DNA of 62,889 nucleotides, counting the filler, from Octopus bimaculoides (taxonomy: Eukaryota): NCBI RefSeq assembly GCF_001194135.2. It is 8 parts of 7 records of this genome, joined end to end, with 100 filler letters (N's around TTAATTAATTAA, not from the genome) between each part and the next. Parts side by side here need not be neighbours in the genome. Positions count along the whole stretch, not along the records: positions 20,811 to 35,822 come from NC_068994.1; positions 35,923 to 48,810 come from NC_068996.1; 6 more parts are not named here. One strand, 5' to 3'. The notes beneath the pieces were generated by a model. The model was not told where the DNA came from, did not search any database, and saw nothing but the letters and a program-made list of their open reading frames with translations. The position numbers and the translations under genes were made by a program. Positions 24,660 to 38,120 of the stretch are shown here, piece by piece; positions within the stretch are counted from its first letter, which is position 1; every line of letters begins with the position of its first letter.

Positions 24660-26350
24660 TATTGAGCTCAAATTCCACCATGGTCAACTTTGCCTTTCAT
24701 CCTTCCAGGATTGCTGAAATAAGCATCAGTCAAGCACTGGGGTTGATGTAATTAAGTGCCCCTTCCCTTCAAAACTGCTGGCTTTGTGCCAAAACTAGAA
24801 AAAATTATTATCATCATCATTAGGGCAGCAAGCCTGGCAAGACACTTAGCAACATTTCATCTGTCTTTATGTCCTGAGTTCAAATTCTGCCAAGATTGAC
24901 TTTGCCTTTCATCCTTTCAGGGTCGATAGAATAAGTGCCAGTTGAGCCTGGGGGTCAATGTAATCAACTTACCTCCTTCCACCGAACTTGCTGACCTTGT
25001 GCTAAAATTTTAAACCATTATTATTATTAATAATGAACTGGCAGAATTATTAGTGTTGGAAAAATTGGTTTGTGTATTTGTTTAGCACCTTACACTTCAA
25101 ATCCCTCTAGGGTCGATAAAATAATGTACCAGTTAAGGACTGGAGGTGGGGGCAGTGTAATCCATAAATACCCTCCCTTCAAATTGCTGACCTTGTACCT
25201 AAATAAGAAACTATTTAAGGCTGTGAACTATCAGAATGATTAGAGCATCAGAAAAAAAATGCCTTGCATTTCTTCTGGTACTTTACAAAGTGAGTTCAAA
25301 TCCCCCAACATCAGTTTTGCCTTTCATCCTTTCAAGGTTGATAAAGTACCAGTAAAATATTGGGCACCAATATAATTGGCTAACCCGCTCCATCTAAAAT
25401 TGCTGGCTTTGTGCCAAAATTTGAAGCCATAATTATTAATTTGGTGAGCCAACAGAATCATATGCACATCAGACAAAATTATTAGTAACATTTCTTCCAA
25501 CTCTTTATGTTCAGTGTTCAAACCATGCCATAGTGAACTTTGTCTTTTGTCTCTTCTGAGTTGATAAAATAGAGTACCAGTCAAATATTGAGTTCATGAT
25601 TTTCAACTCACCCTGTCTCCTCAGAATTGCAGGCCTTGTGCCAAAATTTGAAATCATTATTGTTATCATCATTATTATTATTGCAAGCTAACAGAATTGT
25701 TAGCATGCTGGGTAAAATGCTTAGCAGCATTTTGTCCATCTTTATATCTTGTGTTCAAATTCCACCAAAGTTGACTTTACCTTTCACCCTTTTCAGGTTG
25801 ATAAAATAAGTACCAGTTGAGCACTGGGGTCAATCTGATCAACTTAGTCCATTCCCCCAAACTTACTGGCCTTGTGCCAAAATTTGAAACCATTCTTATA
25901 AAGGTGATGGAATGGCTGGAATAGAACAAGATCAGTCTAAGTACTAATCAGCATTTGGGTTTATCTTTCAGTATTTTGAATTCATATCTAGCTATGGCTA
26001 AATTTGCCTTTCATTCCACTGGGGTAGTTGATGAAATAAATTCCAGGTATGTATTGGGATTGATTCAGTTGTTTATACCTACCACTTCTAAAAATTTCAG
26101 GATTTATATCAGATCATTAAATCCTGTCAGTCAACTTTGCTTCATCTATAATCTATGAGTTAAGTATTACCAACCAATTTTCATGGACTCAACATCTACC
26201 CTAAAGATTAGGCCTTGTGCAGATGTTAGTTATTATTACACTAGAGAGTGGAGTATAAGCCTTACAATATTTAATCTTATTCTTCTACATTCTGGAGTTA
26301 ACTTCTTTTATTACTCCCAGATCGATAAAATTAATATCTCTATTATATAC
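24660..26350 (+). repeat. Head-to-tail array of about 8-9 diverged SINE family B copies
   Basis: Unit ..AAATTC..ACTTTGCCTTTCATCCTTT..GATAAAATAAGTACCAG..GGCCTTGTGCCAAAATTTGAAA-(ATT)n recurs about every 130-240 bp, same strand. Confidence 0.8.
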
Positions 26351-27139
26351 TGGAGTTATTTTACTTGACTTTTCTCATTCTCTACAAATGTGTGTGGCTT
26401 TGTATCAATGTCAGCAATTATTATCATATTTTCAATTCTAAGTTAAAATCACTTTTCCAAGGGTCAGAAATAAATATTATGTGGAAAGATTTGTATGTGC
26501 TACAATATTTCATCCTCTCCGCCACAGAGTCTTATTCTTTTTTGCTGATTTAAAACTCATCACTCGTTATTGTCATTGTTGCTATTGTTATTATTAAAAA
26601 AATAGAAAATCTAGGAACAGTAAAAATAGAAATAAAAATAATTGAGGACAAAATCCCTGATAAAGAAAAATGCATTCTAAATTGTAAAAATGAATCTTTC
26701 ACTCTTTCTTCTGTGCAATGTTTTAGACTTTTTTTTGCACAATGCAAATATTGTTCCCTCTCATCTTAAATTATATATGATCACAAATATTCTCATTATG
26801 GTTATATACTGTTTTGAATCAGTGTATAATATTTTCTATGGAGCATTTCCCATATGTGTTCACTCTGGCTAAGTATTATCAGTAATCTGTTTTGTTATTT
26901 ACACAGACACGTAAATGCTTTCACAAACACACAGAAATCAATAGGGTTTTACTTGCATATTTAAAATTCAGATATAAGGAGTATGTATATGTATAGTATC
27001 TAAAACTCATTTTAAGTATATACATACTGCTACATATATGTACACTGTGCATGCATGTGTAGTATGTGTGTAATATATATGTGTGGATAATAAAACAAAT
27101 GGTTTACATCTTCTGTCTTTCATTTGCTATATATGTGTA

Positions 27140-27186
<47 letters not shown>

Positions 27187-27406
27187 ATACATATATATAA
27201 ATATACACACACACACACATATATATATGTATATATACATATTTATATATATAAATATTCTATAATTATAAACATAATTATAATTAGGGGTCACCTAATT
27301 GCTTCACCACATACCGAATTTAGAAATAGGAGTTTAAAANNNNNNNNNNGTAGCTCATGCTCTTAATCACTACGCCATATGCTCGTGGGTTCAAAATTTC
27401 CCCAAG

Positions 27407-27450
27407 ACACCTGATGAAAGCTGGAGGGTATTTCAGCCAAAACATTGTAT
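27407..27450 (+). ncRNA. Decayed hammerhead (G12 and stem III G lost)
   Basis: ACAC-CTGATGA-AAGCTG..CAGCC-AAAAC-ATT-GTAT. Restoring three G residues gives GAAAC-GTT-GTGT, with stem I ACAC/GTGT and palindrome AACGTT. Confidence 0.55.
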
Positions 27451-29879
27451 TAACAACAAAACAAGATGAGGACAAATATCCATCAAATGTAAATAATGTA
27501 CATAATTCCTCATCTCTTAAATATAGAACTGTAATCCTTAAATTCTTAAATATACTCAAATACCCAAAATTTCAAGGAGTTCCTGCCTTAAAAACAGGAG
27601 CTAACCACAGTTATTTTGTGTTCTTTGCTACATTGGTTTCTATTAACCCATTTATTCTATCCGAAGAATTTTTATTCATTAAGATAGAAGAAATACACAT
27701 AATTATATATATATATATCTATATATACACACACATATATACACACATATATATACACACATACACATATATATATGCACACATATATATATATATATGC
27801 ATGCATGCACACACTTTCCTATAAATTAATAAGCAGTACATACATATGCATATCACAGAATTAAATTCAAGTTACGTCTATATTTTCTTCAATGTTAACA
27901 TTTAAATTGTCCTAAGAAATGAAATTGTTTTATATTTTCATTTTTTGTGTTAGTTTAGAAAATAAAATGAAATTATGATACTCCTGTAATTTTGAATATC
28001 TGCTTTAGTAACTGTTTGTTTAATGATTGGTGTATTGGTTGGTGCTTGTGTGGTGTTATTGTTCAATACCAGGTCAGTCTTGACTAATTGAACCTATGCT
28101 CTAAGCATTCTACTCATGGTCATCATATCTTATCAAAACCACATTATCCAGTGTGCCCTTCATTTTTAAGACAGTAATGTGTGGTTTAAGAGGAATTTTC
28201 TGCTATTTCTAGCTAGTTACATGATCACTTAGACTCTACCATGTTAGACATGGTAATTACCTATTGAATAACTTTCGGTTGTGTATCTAGCTAAAGTGGA
28301 AGCCTTGACATGGTCTTATGACCTACTAAAAATAGCAACCAAATCTTCCTCTTCAATAAAAACAAGGGCATTGAATAATATATTCCTAGATACATTGTAC
28401 CTGAAAAATGACAGGATGGTCATAATTAGAATGCTTTTGGTCTTAGATTTACTAGATCAGGGTTGACCTGCGTTTAACTAACAACTATCTGTTGAATTAC
28501 TGATATTATAATGGTTGTCTTTCAACATTTTATTTCACTGGGATATTCAGTGTGTATGAGTACATGTGTATGCATGAGTGAATGCATATACATTCATAGT
28601 CATGTACATACAGTGTGTTAGTGCAGGCACATACACACCATGGGAGTGCTTCTACATGCTCACTCAACTTGTTAGAAATAGCAGCCAAATCCCTCCCATC
28701 ATACCCTTTCAAACATTAGGTAATGTTGTCCAGGATACATGAAAGGTTATAGGCAAAATACCTCAAAGTTAACCTGGGGCTAAGCAACAACTAACATTTA
28801 TGTGCTGCACATGTGATACTGTTCCCTGTGAGTACATGTATGCATGTACAAAGATTATTGTATATACGTATGTTAGCCATATAAGTACGATCCATGTAGA
28901 ACTGTGTCGTGTTTGTAGTAACCATGACTTAAAGCATTGTATACTTCCTATACAATCCAGACACATGTCTGATATACTCTGTGAAACTGAAGGAATATGT
29001 TTTTTAAGTCTTGCGTTCCTTGTCCTATGCACTCATGCAATAACAAACAATACATATTTTCCATCACAAGTATGTTGTATGGAACACCCTTTCACAAAAA
29101 AGATAGTAAAAAACAAATTTTATATATGCAATATGTTTATATAAATATACTCACACACATGCTTTCAGATAGGCAGGCAATGATAACTTTGGTAAAATCT
29201 TATTGCATTTTTATTTGTACTCTCAGTATGTAGACATTTTTGAATATGTATTACATCTTTGTGTGTGGGTGTACAATATTCTTATTTTTGTTGCAGTTGT
29301 TTTCTTTTCAAAGGTGAATCTGTTTCTCTTCTTGAATACTCAGTACAGTAGTACACTATACAGTGAAATATGTTGTCCTGTATTATGTATTGTGCAGTGT
29401 ATTTCATACACCTTTAAGAAAGAAAATACCTTTTTAGGTGATAGTGCTCTTTTCATTCTTCTACACCTCCTCTCTGAAGCTCTTACTGTTATGCAACTAA
29501 CTGGACATATATACTTTTAGCCAACTTATTTGGCCCAAGTTGTCATAGGTAGCTTATGTGCTCCCATTAGAGTTAGGAGATAAGATAAATCTATAAGGGG
29601 CATTTCTGCACAGATTGTCATGGTCTACTAGAAGTATTGCCATTGTTGGTGACTTGAAGATGACAAGAGCCATCTTTTGGTTCTTGTTATTCAAGTTTGT
29701 AATAATGTGTCTATCATTTCTTAAATACAATTCTAGTGTTGAACACAGTAACCTTATTATATAAAAAGAATAAAATAATTTCTGTGGTCAGTCAATGAGA
29801 TTTGTTGTTTTGTTGTCACTGTGAGTATGCATAGTTATTCAGCCCCAGGTCACTCCTGATTGAGTAGACTTTACGATCA

Positions 29880-30040
29880 GGAGTGGCTGTGTGGTAAGTA
29901 GTTTGCTTACCAACCACATGGTCCCGGGTTCAGTCCCACTGCATGGCATCTTGGACAAGTGTCTTCTACTATAGCCTCGGGCCGACCAAAGCCTTGTGAG
30001 TGGATTTGGTAGACGGAAACTGAAAGAAGCCTGTCGTATA
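29880..30040 (+). mobile_element. SINE family A head (near-consensus)
   Basis: Matches 3219-3382. Confidence 0.9.
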
Positions 30041-30489
30041 TATGTATATATATATGTATGTATATATAATGTCTTAGTATACTCTGGACTATTTTAACCN
30101 NNNNNNNNNNNNNNNNNNNNNNNNNNNNNNNNNNNNNNNNNNNNNNNNNNNNNNNNNNNNNNNNNNNNNNNNNNNNNNNNNNNNNNNNNNNNNNNNNNNN
30201 NNNNNNNNNNNNNNNNNNNNNNNNNNNNNNNNNNNNNNNNNNNNNNNNNNNNNNNNNNNNNNNNNNNNNNNNNNNNNNNNNNNNNNNNNNNNNNNNNNNN
30301 NNNNNNNNNNNNNNNNNNNNNNNNNNNNNNNNNNNNNNNNNNNNNNNNNNNNNNNNNNNNNNNNNNNNNNNNNNNNNNNNNNNNNNNNNNNNNNNNNNNN
30401 NNNNNNNNNNNNNNNNNNNNNNNNNNNNNNNNNNNNNNNNNNNNNNNNNNNNNNNNNNNNNNNNNNNNNNNNNNNNNNNNNNNNNNNNN

Positions 30490-30534
<45 letters not shown>

Positions 30535-31799
30535 ATATAATGTCTTAGTATACTCTGGACTATTTTAACCAATGTATCCTTCACTTTTTTTCTTTTCAGA
30601 CAGCAGGGTTTAGTTTGAGGATGTGGTTGCTGTTTTTACCAGGCTGAACAACCATATAGAGGTTCTACCATTATCTGATGTGTGTGTATTTGTGGTTTAG
30701 AGTTTAGACAAGTGATTGCTGCTCAAATATTTTAAGCAGCCAAATCACAACTCACTACTCAGCAGATGAACCCTATGTCAAGAATTTAGTATTATTATTA
30801 TTGACCTAAAATGATCGGTTTTAAATGCTTCTCTAAACTTTACATTCTTTTACTTACCTTGCTGAATCTCTAAAGACTGGCTTTGTTTAATCTTATAAAA
30901 ACAATTGTTTATAATTTTGTCTTATTTGATGACTAATAAATAGGCTTGATTACAGATTGATATTGTACGTACTGTCTCAAGATAATAAATATCTTGACTC
31001 AATGCACACTTTGAAATCAGCTTTTGAAAGACAATTTTTTTATACAGGCTACATTAGTTGAAATGAATGTAGGCTGTGTTATTTGTAGATGCTTGAGGAA
31101 GTTCATTTAGCTAACAGCAAATGAATTTTTTCATGTGTACAAAAATAAGCTTTTGTCAGTTCTGTTATGCCAGTTATAGTAATGAAATAGTGGTATGTTA
31201 AATGAAATGAAGAAACTTCAAGAATTTATAGCACAGTTTTGTAGTTGAAGGATAACATAGACTTCTGGTATGGATAGAGAATGGTCTGGCATTTTTTAAG
31301 TGACACTCAACAACAAAAGCATGGATTATTTCTCTTAAGATCTTCAGTTGGGAGGTTTGATACAATAAATTCTCAAAACAATTTGTTGAGATCCAGATAT
31401 AGAATACTGTTCACTGAAATTAAGTTTTCATGAAACATAGGGAAAGAAATTTGTCTTGATGTTTTTAGCTGGAGGGTAGTTATGCAGTTATGGGTTTGGT
31501 GTCACTGCATGGACACTGTCAATGGTGTTCTCCATTTTAGCCATGGGTTGACTATTGCCTTGTGAGTGAAATTGATCGACTGATTGGCAGATATTGGAAG
31601 AAGCCAGTTGTGTGTATATCATACACACACACACACACACACACACATTGATGACTGAATACCTATTGTCCTTCACCTAGATACGTGTGCTCTGGTAGCA
31701 ACCAAAAGCTTCACCATTCATACAAACAGTATTGTTTGTTTACAGTCTTCTATGAAAGTATGTCTGGGCTGTTTATTGTCAATAGATTGGGAAATTGTT

Positions 31800-32160
31800 A
31801 CCTTGCCTTGCATTAGGGCAGGCATATAGCTGTAAAAATTTCTGCTTCAGCTATGTCTTGCCTGACCCATGCATGCATGGAAAAGTAAATGTTCGAACAA
31901 TTATGATGTCCAAAGGATGTGCAAAACTTTTGTTTCTAAAATTCTTATTTTATGTTATTAATGGTGATTTCACTAGCGCCAGTACCACAGGAAAAGCACT
32001 CAGTAGATACTGTAAAGTGGTTGACATTAGGAAGGATATTCAGCTGTAAAAACCATGCCAAAGCAGATACTGGAGCTCAGTTTAGCCCTCTTGTTCATTG
32101 GATCCTGTCAAACCGTTTAACTTATTAACATGAAAGGTGCACATTAAAGAATGATGATGA
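31800..32160 (+). repeat. RTE-like 3'-tail repeats (other copies about 23170-23420 and 23545-23700 minus, 58400-58530 plus)
   Basis: AGCTGTAAAA..ACCCATGC(A)AGCATGGAAAA..GTTAAA..(GAT)n ending. The RTE assignment is from recalled tail structure. Confidence 0.55.
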
Positions 32161-32938
32161 ATAGAGTAGTACTCTTTTTCATAATTTTAATCGCACAATT
32201 TGTGTGTTCTATATAACATTAACTGATATCCTACTCTTTGTATGCTCTCATCTAATATCTATTTTTAAATTCACCAAAAAGAAAGTCTCATCACTTTTCT
32301 CTGATGTAATATTTTTCAGTGTTAGAGTTCTAATGTATGTTACTAAATTTGTGAAACTAAGTCTAATGCATGCAACTGTACATCATTCATTTTGTCCCTG
32401 AATTCTTATGAACATAATCACTCATCTCTAATGCTACACATGCATGGAACTTAAGTATCAAAAGCTTAGCCTTGTAATGATTGAGCAGAAAATATCTAAA
32501 AAAAATGGGTTTGATTTTTCAAATGTTTATGGTGTCTTTACTTGTCAGGTTAGTGAGAAAATTAGCAGTATTGCAGAAAAGAATTTTAATTTTTATTGTA
32601 AATAGTCATTTGTGTTACAAATAATGTGCAGCATTGTTAATTACATGACTAAAAGCTACTCTAAAAATGAAGAAAAAAAAAACGATGAGGAAAAGAAAGA
32701 TGTTGGTAATAAATATTAGTAGACATGGGCATTCAAAAACCACAAACAAAATACCTTTTCTTGATTTTTTTTTTGCAGCTTATTCATTAGGAAATTTCCA
32801 TGTAAGCTGTTACTCTGATTCTCCGGTATGCATGTATTTCATCAACACATGTGCAAGCTTCCTTTTTGTTCAGCATAATTACTGAATTATTGTACCAATG
32901 AAAATTTCATACAAAAAAAAAAACAGATAAAATAATAC

Positions 32939-33043
32939 CCAGCTTTAAGTTCTAAAGATATTTTTGGACCAACAATTTTTGCAAAAGTTTCGGTGTTGCT
33001 ATTCTTCAGGTAATATTTCGTCCAAATCACTTGAAGGATCGGA
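32939..33043 (-). CDS. Candidate 105-nt internal exon, phase 2-2
   Basis: Acceptor CTGTCTTTGATCAG, donor GG|GTATTA, open frame PILQVIWTKYYLKNSNTETFAKIVGPKISLELKA; local CpG retention inside a depleted domain. Confidence 0.28.
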
Positions 33044-34189
33044 CTGATCAAAGACAGACATAAAGTGTGCATAGAAAATATAGATATATCTCTCTGGTTA
33101 TCATCTCACATCACTAGTTCTACTTACCAAAAGTGGCCCACTTGGCACCGTGCATTTGTCACCATTAATTCATTGAATAAATTACCAAATAAGCTCTATC
33201 ACTTAAGAATGATTGGTGATCATTCTCTGAAGTTTCCATTTAAAGAAAAAAACAAAGTAAAACGGAAAAAATTCAGCAAAGGTTGCAAAATGCAAATAAA
33301 TGATAGTGAAAGGCGTTAAAATTTTCTCTTTCCTTTGAAACAAATGTAAACAAGAATGATTCGACTCGTGCAGTTTCAGGCACTGTAAGATTGACAGACA
33401 GATTCAAGCAGGATGTTAAGAGTTAATTAATATGAGTTTGTTTTGCTGGTAATGATAATCATTTACATATATATATATATATATATATATGTAAATAACT
33501 TGTCCCTAATTTTTCATATCTTGTATTGGGAAAAGTAAGAAATCTTTACAAATTCCCACAAAGTCACAAATGTCAACTTTCAGATCAAATTCTTTAAATA
33601 TTATGTTATAATCTTAACCTGATATGCTGGCTCCCTTAAAGATTGCATAAAACTTGATACTGGTTTCCATGTCCAGCAGGTCTTAATAGACAAAATATGT
33701 GCTAATCAGCTAAACATTTCCATCTAGCAATTGATCCAGTTGCCTTATCATTCAAACCTTTGTTTTCTATATTTTCGTTTTGTCTCTTTGTAATGTGTTT
33801 CAATTCATACTACTCTTGTTATTGTATCGTTCTAAATTCAAATTGTTCTTTACTATTAATCTTCGTTCTTTACTAACAAACATTTAATTGGCAAAACATT
33901 GTCTTCAAGAAACTTTAATTCAAGATTTTTCGACAACAGTCTTAAGTGGATTTGACAGTCTACCACTTTCCTCGGAAGTTTGTCAAATTATCACCTTATT
34001 AAATGACCTTATATTACAGTTTGCAGTGTTAGTGTATGTTATCTTTCCTGCTTGGTCACATTTGTAATATATTTGAAACCCTGTTTCATTTTCATTTCTA
34101 TCTTCAAGTAATAAGAATTTCAAAGGTTCAAGAAGTTGGGGATTACTTAGACAAGGAGAGTAAATAGTGTTTCAGAAAAATGTATTTAT

Positions 34190-34950
34190 CAATTATCATC
34201 TTTTTATTAACTCTCACATCCCCTTGGAATTCATTTCATCATATCCAATAATACAATTAGCTTACTCAACATCACTACCTTCAACAATATCTACCCATTC
34301 ACTTATATGCACTACAAGCCTACTGATTTTCACCCCTATCTCCGCTATTCCTTGTCTTACTCAAAGGATGCCAACCCCACCATATCATTCTTTCAATTAC
34401 TCTTTGTCAACTCTATAACATCGATTCAGATTTCAAATCTTATTGTGATGGAATGCGACCTTTTTTCCAGAATTAACGGTACTCTCAACCACTTGTGACT
34501 CTTCACTCTACTGTGTCAAGGCCATTAACCATGCTGCCCTTTCTATGCACACTGGATTCCACTTTTTCCTTCCTTCCACCTGTCCGTCTTCCCATTACAC
34601 TACACACTTATCTGCTACTTCCAAACTGTACTCACTAACCTCATAATCACTCTGATCTTTTCCACACCACATCTTGCCTGGAAGAAAGATAAGAAACTTG
34701 GTAACCTTCTAGTTAGAAATTCAATTACACTCAGGCATATGCAACCAGATACTTTTAAATGCACTTGCTGGAGATGCAACATATATCTCTACATAAATAA
34801 TACAACTATCACCGACCCCTAAGCCATCTTCTGCATATCTTCCAAAATCATCTGAAAACTGTGTAGTACTTTTTACAATGGTGAAGCAGGCCATCACCTG
34901 GCCAGTGGCCTTTGTAAATACATTCGTTGAATAATATTCTTAAGGCCGCA
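34190..34950 (+). mobile_element. Heavily decayed Penelope-like element (RT thumb to GIY-YIG)
   Basis: HYKPTDFHPYLRYS..ISFFQL..; KKLGNLLVRN..QPDTFKCTCWRC..; YNGEAGHHLA, equivalent to YIGETGRRL. Confidence 0.7.
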
Positions 34951-35707
34951 ATTTACTCACACGCAGCATCTTTCAGAGCTTGTCGCTAATTCAGTTCTTA
35001 ACCAAACTGAAAATTGTTAATAGTTTTGAAGAGGGCTGGTCCCTAGCTACATTTTGGCATTAAAAAAAAAATTGAGGTTTGATCCAGGAGAAAAAGTCTA
35101 CATCAAAATTTATAACATCATAGAGTAAATAATGCCACCAATCAAGTTTAGATCTAAACTTTTTTATTTTAAAAGCAAAATATATTTATCTTAGCTTCAA
35201 TGATAGAAGAAAGCATGAAGGATTTTATAGTTTTGGTCCCATGCAACAAAAATTTGTATCAAAAAAGTTGTGAGGTAAAATATCATGAAAAAAAAATATA
35301 AGTAAGGCAAAAAATTGAATTTAAGTATAATTAACTTTTTCATGTTAAAAACAAACTATATTTTAATTAAGCTTAAATGATAAAGCTCAATTCGAGGAAT
35401 TTCATGGTGTCAATCTCATGCAATGAAGTTTTAAAAGAAAAAAGTTAGTTTCTGAAATTTGAGGTTGATAATGCAGTTCTATATTTTTTTATGAATATAG
35501 TTCTATAAGAGAACTTTTATATATGTCACTGGCATCATTGAGGTAAGGAAAAAATTATCAACGACACTGCTAATTGACACATTTGATACATTGTTAACTA
35601 GTATAATAGCATAGCCTGGAAAAAAACATGGATTACATGGAAAAATGCAAGCAAGAGAAATAATATTCTTAAGATTATAAACCTGGAAAATTACAGGACA
35701 AGTTATT

Positions 35708-35822
35708 GTGGTATGACGTCAGTGTCTGGGGAGGCTGACCGGAAGGGGGAAAAGGGCAGAGGGAGCCTCGATCGGGATTCGTGCCCTTTTCGAACGGGGT
35801 TGTGGTCAGGACAAGACGTGTT
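35708..35822. promoter_or_regulatory. GC/CpG-rich segment with CRE (TGACGTCA 35714-35721) and ETS-like (ACCGGAAG 35738-35745) motifs; possible promoter, or an LTR start
   Basis: Motifs read directly. Sits at the edge of the CpG-depleted domain and is truncated by a scaffold join. Confidence 0.25.
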
Positions 35823-36350
35823 NNNNNNNNNNNNNNNNNNNNNNNNNNNNNNNNNNNNNNNNNNNNTTAATTAATTAANNNNNNNNNNNNNNNNNNNNNN
35901 NNNNNNNNNNNNNNNNNNNNNNTTCAGAGTTAAACGTTTAAGACCTCTGTCGTTCTAAAATTTTTTTACAGGTGAACGAGACACAACGCAAGCACACACA
36001 CACGCGCGCGCACACATACACATAGACACACACACACACACACACAAACACACTCACACACACACACAAACACACACACAGAGGCACACACACACACAAA
36101 CACATGCACACACACGCACAGACAAGCACACACACTCATCAACGCACTCAGTTATTCGTGAACGTTCACCACATTAAAGACAAATCTACACACAGATATG
36201 AGTACACATACGCATACACACACATATACACATACACACACATACGCACACATACATACATGTTCGCAAACACATGCACATACACACATCCACACAGAAA
36301 GAGAGAGAAACCCCTACATATATGTTGGTATACATACATATACAGACATG

Positions 36351-36382
<32 letters not shown>

Positions 36383-36984
36383 TTCATACACACACTCATA
36401 CACACACGCATCCACACACATACACACACACAAACACATACACACATATACTCACACAAACACACATATACTCACACAAACACACACACACACACAAACA
36501 CACACAAACACACACAAACACACACAAACACACACACAAACACACACAAACACACACACATTAAAATGTTGAGTAAGCAACCTAACTCTTGCTGAAGACA
36601 GTTGAATAGGAAAAATTCATATGACAAGGTTACAAAAGTGTAGCAAAAATATTCTGAAGACGATGAAATAAATTCAACAATAAGAATCGAAAAATGTCAA
36701 TGAGCTGTACGTCTGTTAGGTAATACCATCTAGACATCATCGGCTTTATATCCATTTTGCCGAAGAAGTTTGGACATCAAGTCTAACCGGAGGACAGAAA
36801 GATGTACAACTTAGAGGACTACCTGACATATTTCAGTTTAGAATTACCAACCGGCATTTCACATTTAATCAGTAGCATTTAATTAGTTTTTCTTACCGAA
36901 AATGCCAATATTCTGAGAGAACGAAACAAAAATGCTGGTAGAAACCTGTAGATCTTTTTTTCCATTATCTTTTATTATCTTTTA

Positions 36985-38120
36985 CTAGTTTAAGTCGTTT
37001 TACTGCGGCCATACTGGAGCACCACTTTGAGTTATTTTTTTTTAATCGAATGAATCGACCCTAGTATTTGTTTTTTAAAGCTTAGTAGTTATTCTATCTT
37101 TCTGTTTTGTCGAACCGCTATGTTCGGAGAACAAGTACACCAATACCGGTCGTCAAGCGGTAGTCGGGAGGAAGGGGGCAAACACAGACACAAAGATACA
37201 CACATAGACATACATACATTTATATATACATACATACATACATACANNNNNNNNNNNNNNNNNNNNNNNNNNNNNNNNNNNNNNNNNNNNNNNNNNNNNN
37301 NNNNNNNNNNNNNNNNNNNNNNNNNNNNNNNNNNNNNNNNNNNNNNNNNNNNNNNNNNNNNNNNNNNNNNNNNNNNNNNNNNNNNNNNNNNNNNNNNNNN
37401 NNNNNNNNNNNNNNNNNNNNNNNNNNNNNNNNNNNNNNNNNNNNNNNNNNNNNNNNNNNNNNNNNNNNNNNNNNNNNNNNNNNNNNNNNNNNNNNNNNNN
37501 NNNNNNNNNNNNNNNNNNNNNNNNNNNNNNNNNNNNNNNNNNNNNNNNNNNNNNNNNNNNNNNNNNNNNNNNNNNNNNNNNNNNNNNNNNNNNNNNNNNN
37601 NNNNNNNNNNNNNNNNNNNNNNNNNNNNNNNNNNNNNNNNNNNNNNNNNNNNNNNNNNNNNNNNNNNNNNNNNNNNNNNNNNNNNNNNNNNNNNNNNNNN
37701 NNNNNNNNNNNNNNNNNNNNNNNNNNNNNNNNNNNNNNNNNNNNNNNNNNNNNNNNNNNNNNNNNNNNNNNNNNNNNNNNNNNNNNNNNNNNNNNNNNNN
37801 NNNNNNNNNNNNNNNNNNNNNNNNNNNNNNNNNNNNNNNNNNNNNNNNNNNNNNNNNNNNNNNNNNNNNNNNNNNNNNNNNNNNNNNNNNNNNNNNNNNN
37901 NNNNNNNNNNNNNNNNNNNNNNNNNNNNNNNNNNNNNNNNNNNNNNNNNNNNNATATATATATATATATATACGACGGGCTTCTCTCAGTTTCCGTCTAC
38001 CAAGTCCACACACAAGGCTATGGTCAGCCCGGGGCTATAGTAGAATACACTTGCCCCAGATGTCACGCAGTGGAACTGAATCTGGTATCATGCGGTTTGA
38101 AGCAAGTTTCTTTCCACGCT
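36985..38120 (-). mobile_element. Full-length SINE family A copy spanning an N gap
   Basis: Head at 37970-38120, tail at 36985-37200, reverse complement of family A. Confidence 0.8.

Noticed and set aside
24660-26350. CRISPR-like array
   Set aside because: Eukaryotic DNA; the units are diverged SINEs without a repeat-spacer structure or cas genes.
28960-29069. Plus-strand signal-peptide-like mini-ORF MSDILCETEGICFLSLAFLVLC..
   Set aside because: Short, with generic splice signals and no homology recognised.
32975-33015. Minus-strand CTGAAGA...GAAAC motif
   Set aside because: Stems I and II do not pair; better treated as part of the candidate exon or as chance.
36650-36705. CTGAAGA..GAAA..GTC motif (also CCGATGA..AAAACGT at about 60508-60540 and CTGAGGA at about 38555 minus)
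   Set aside because: Multiple core or stem violations; cannot be distinguished from chance.
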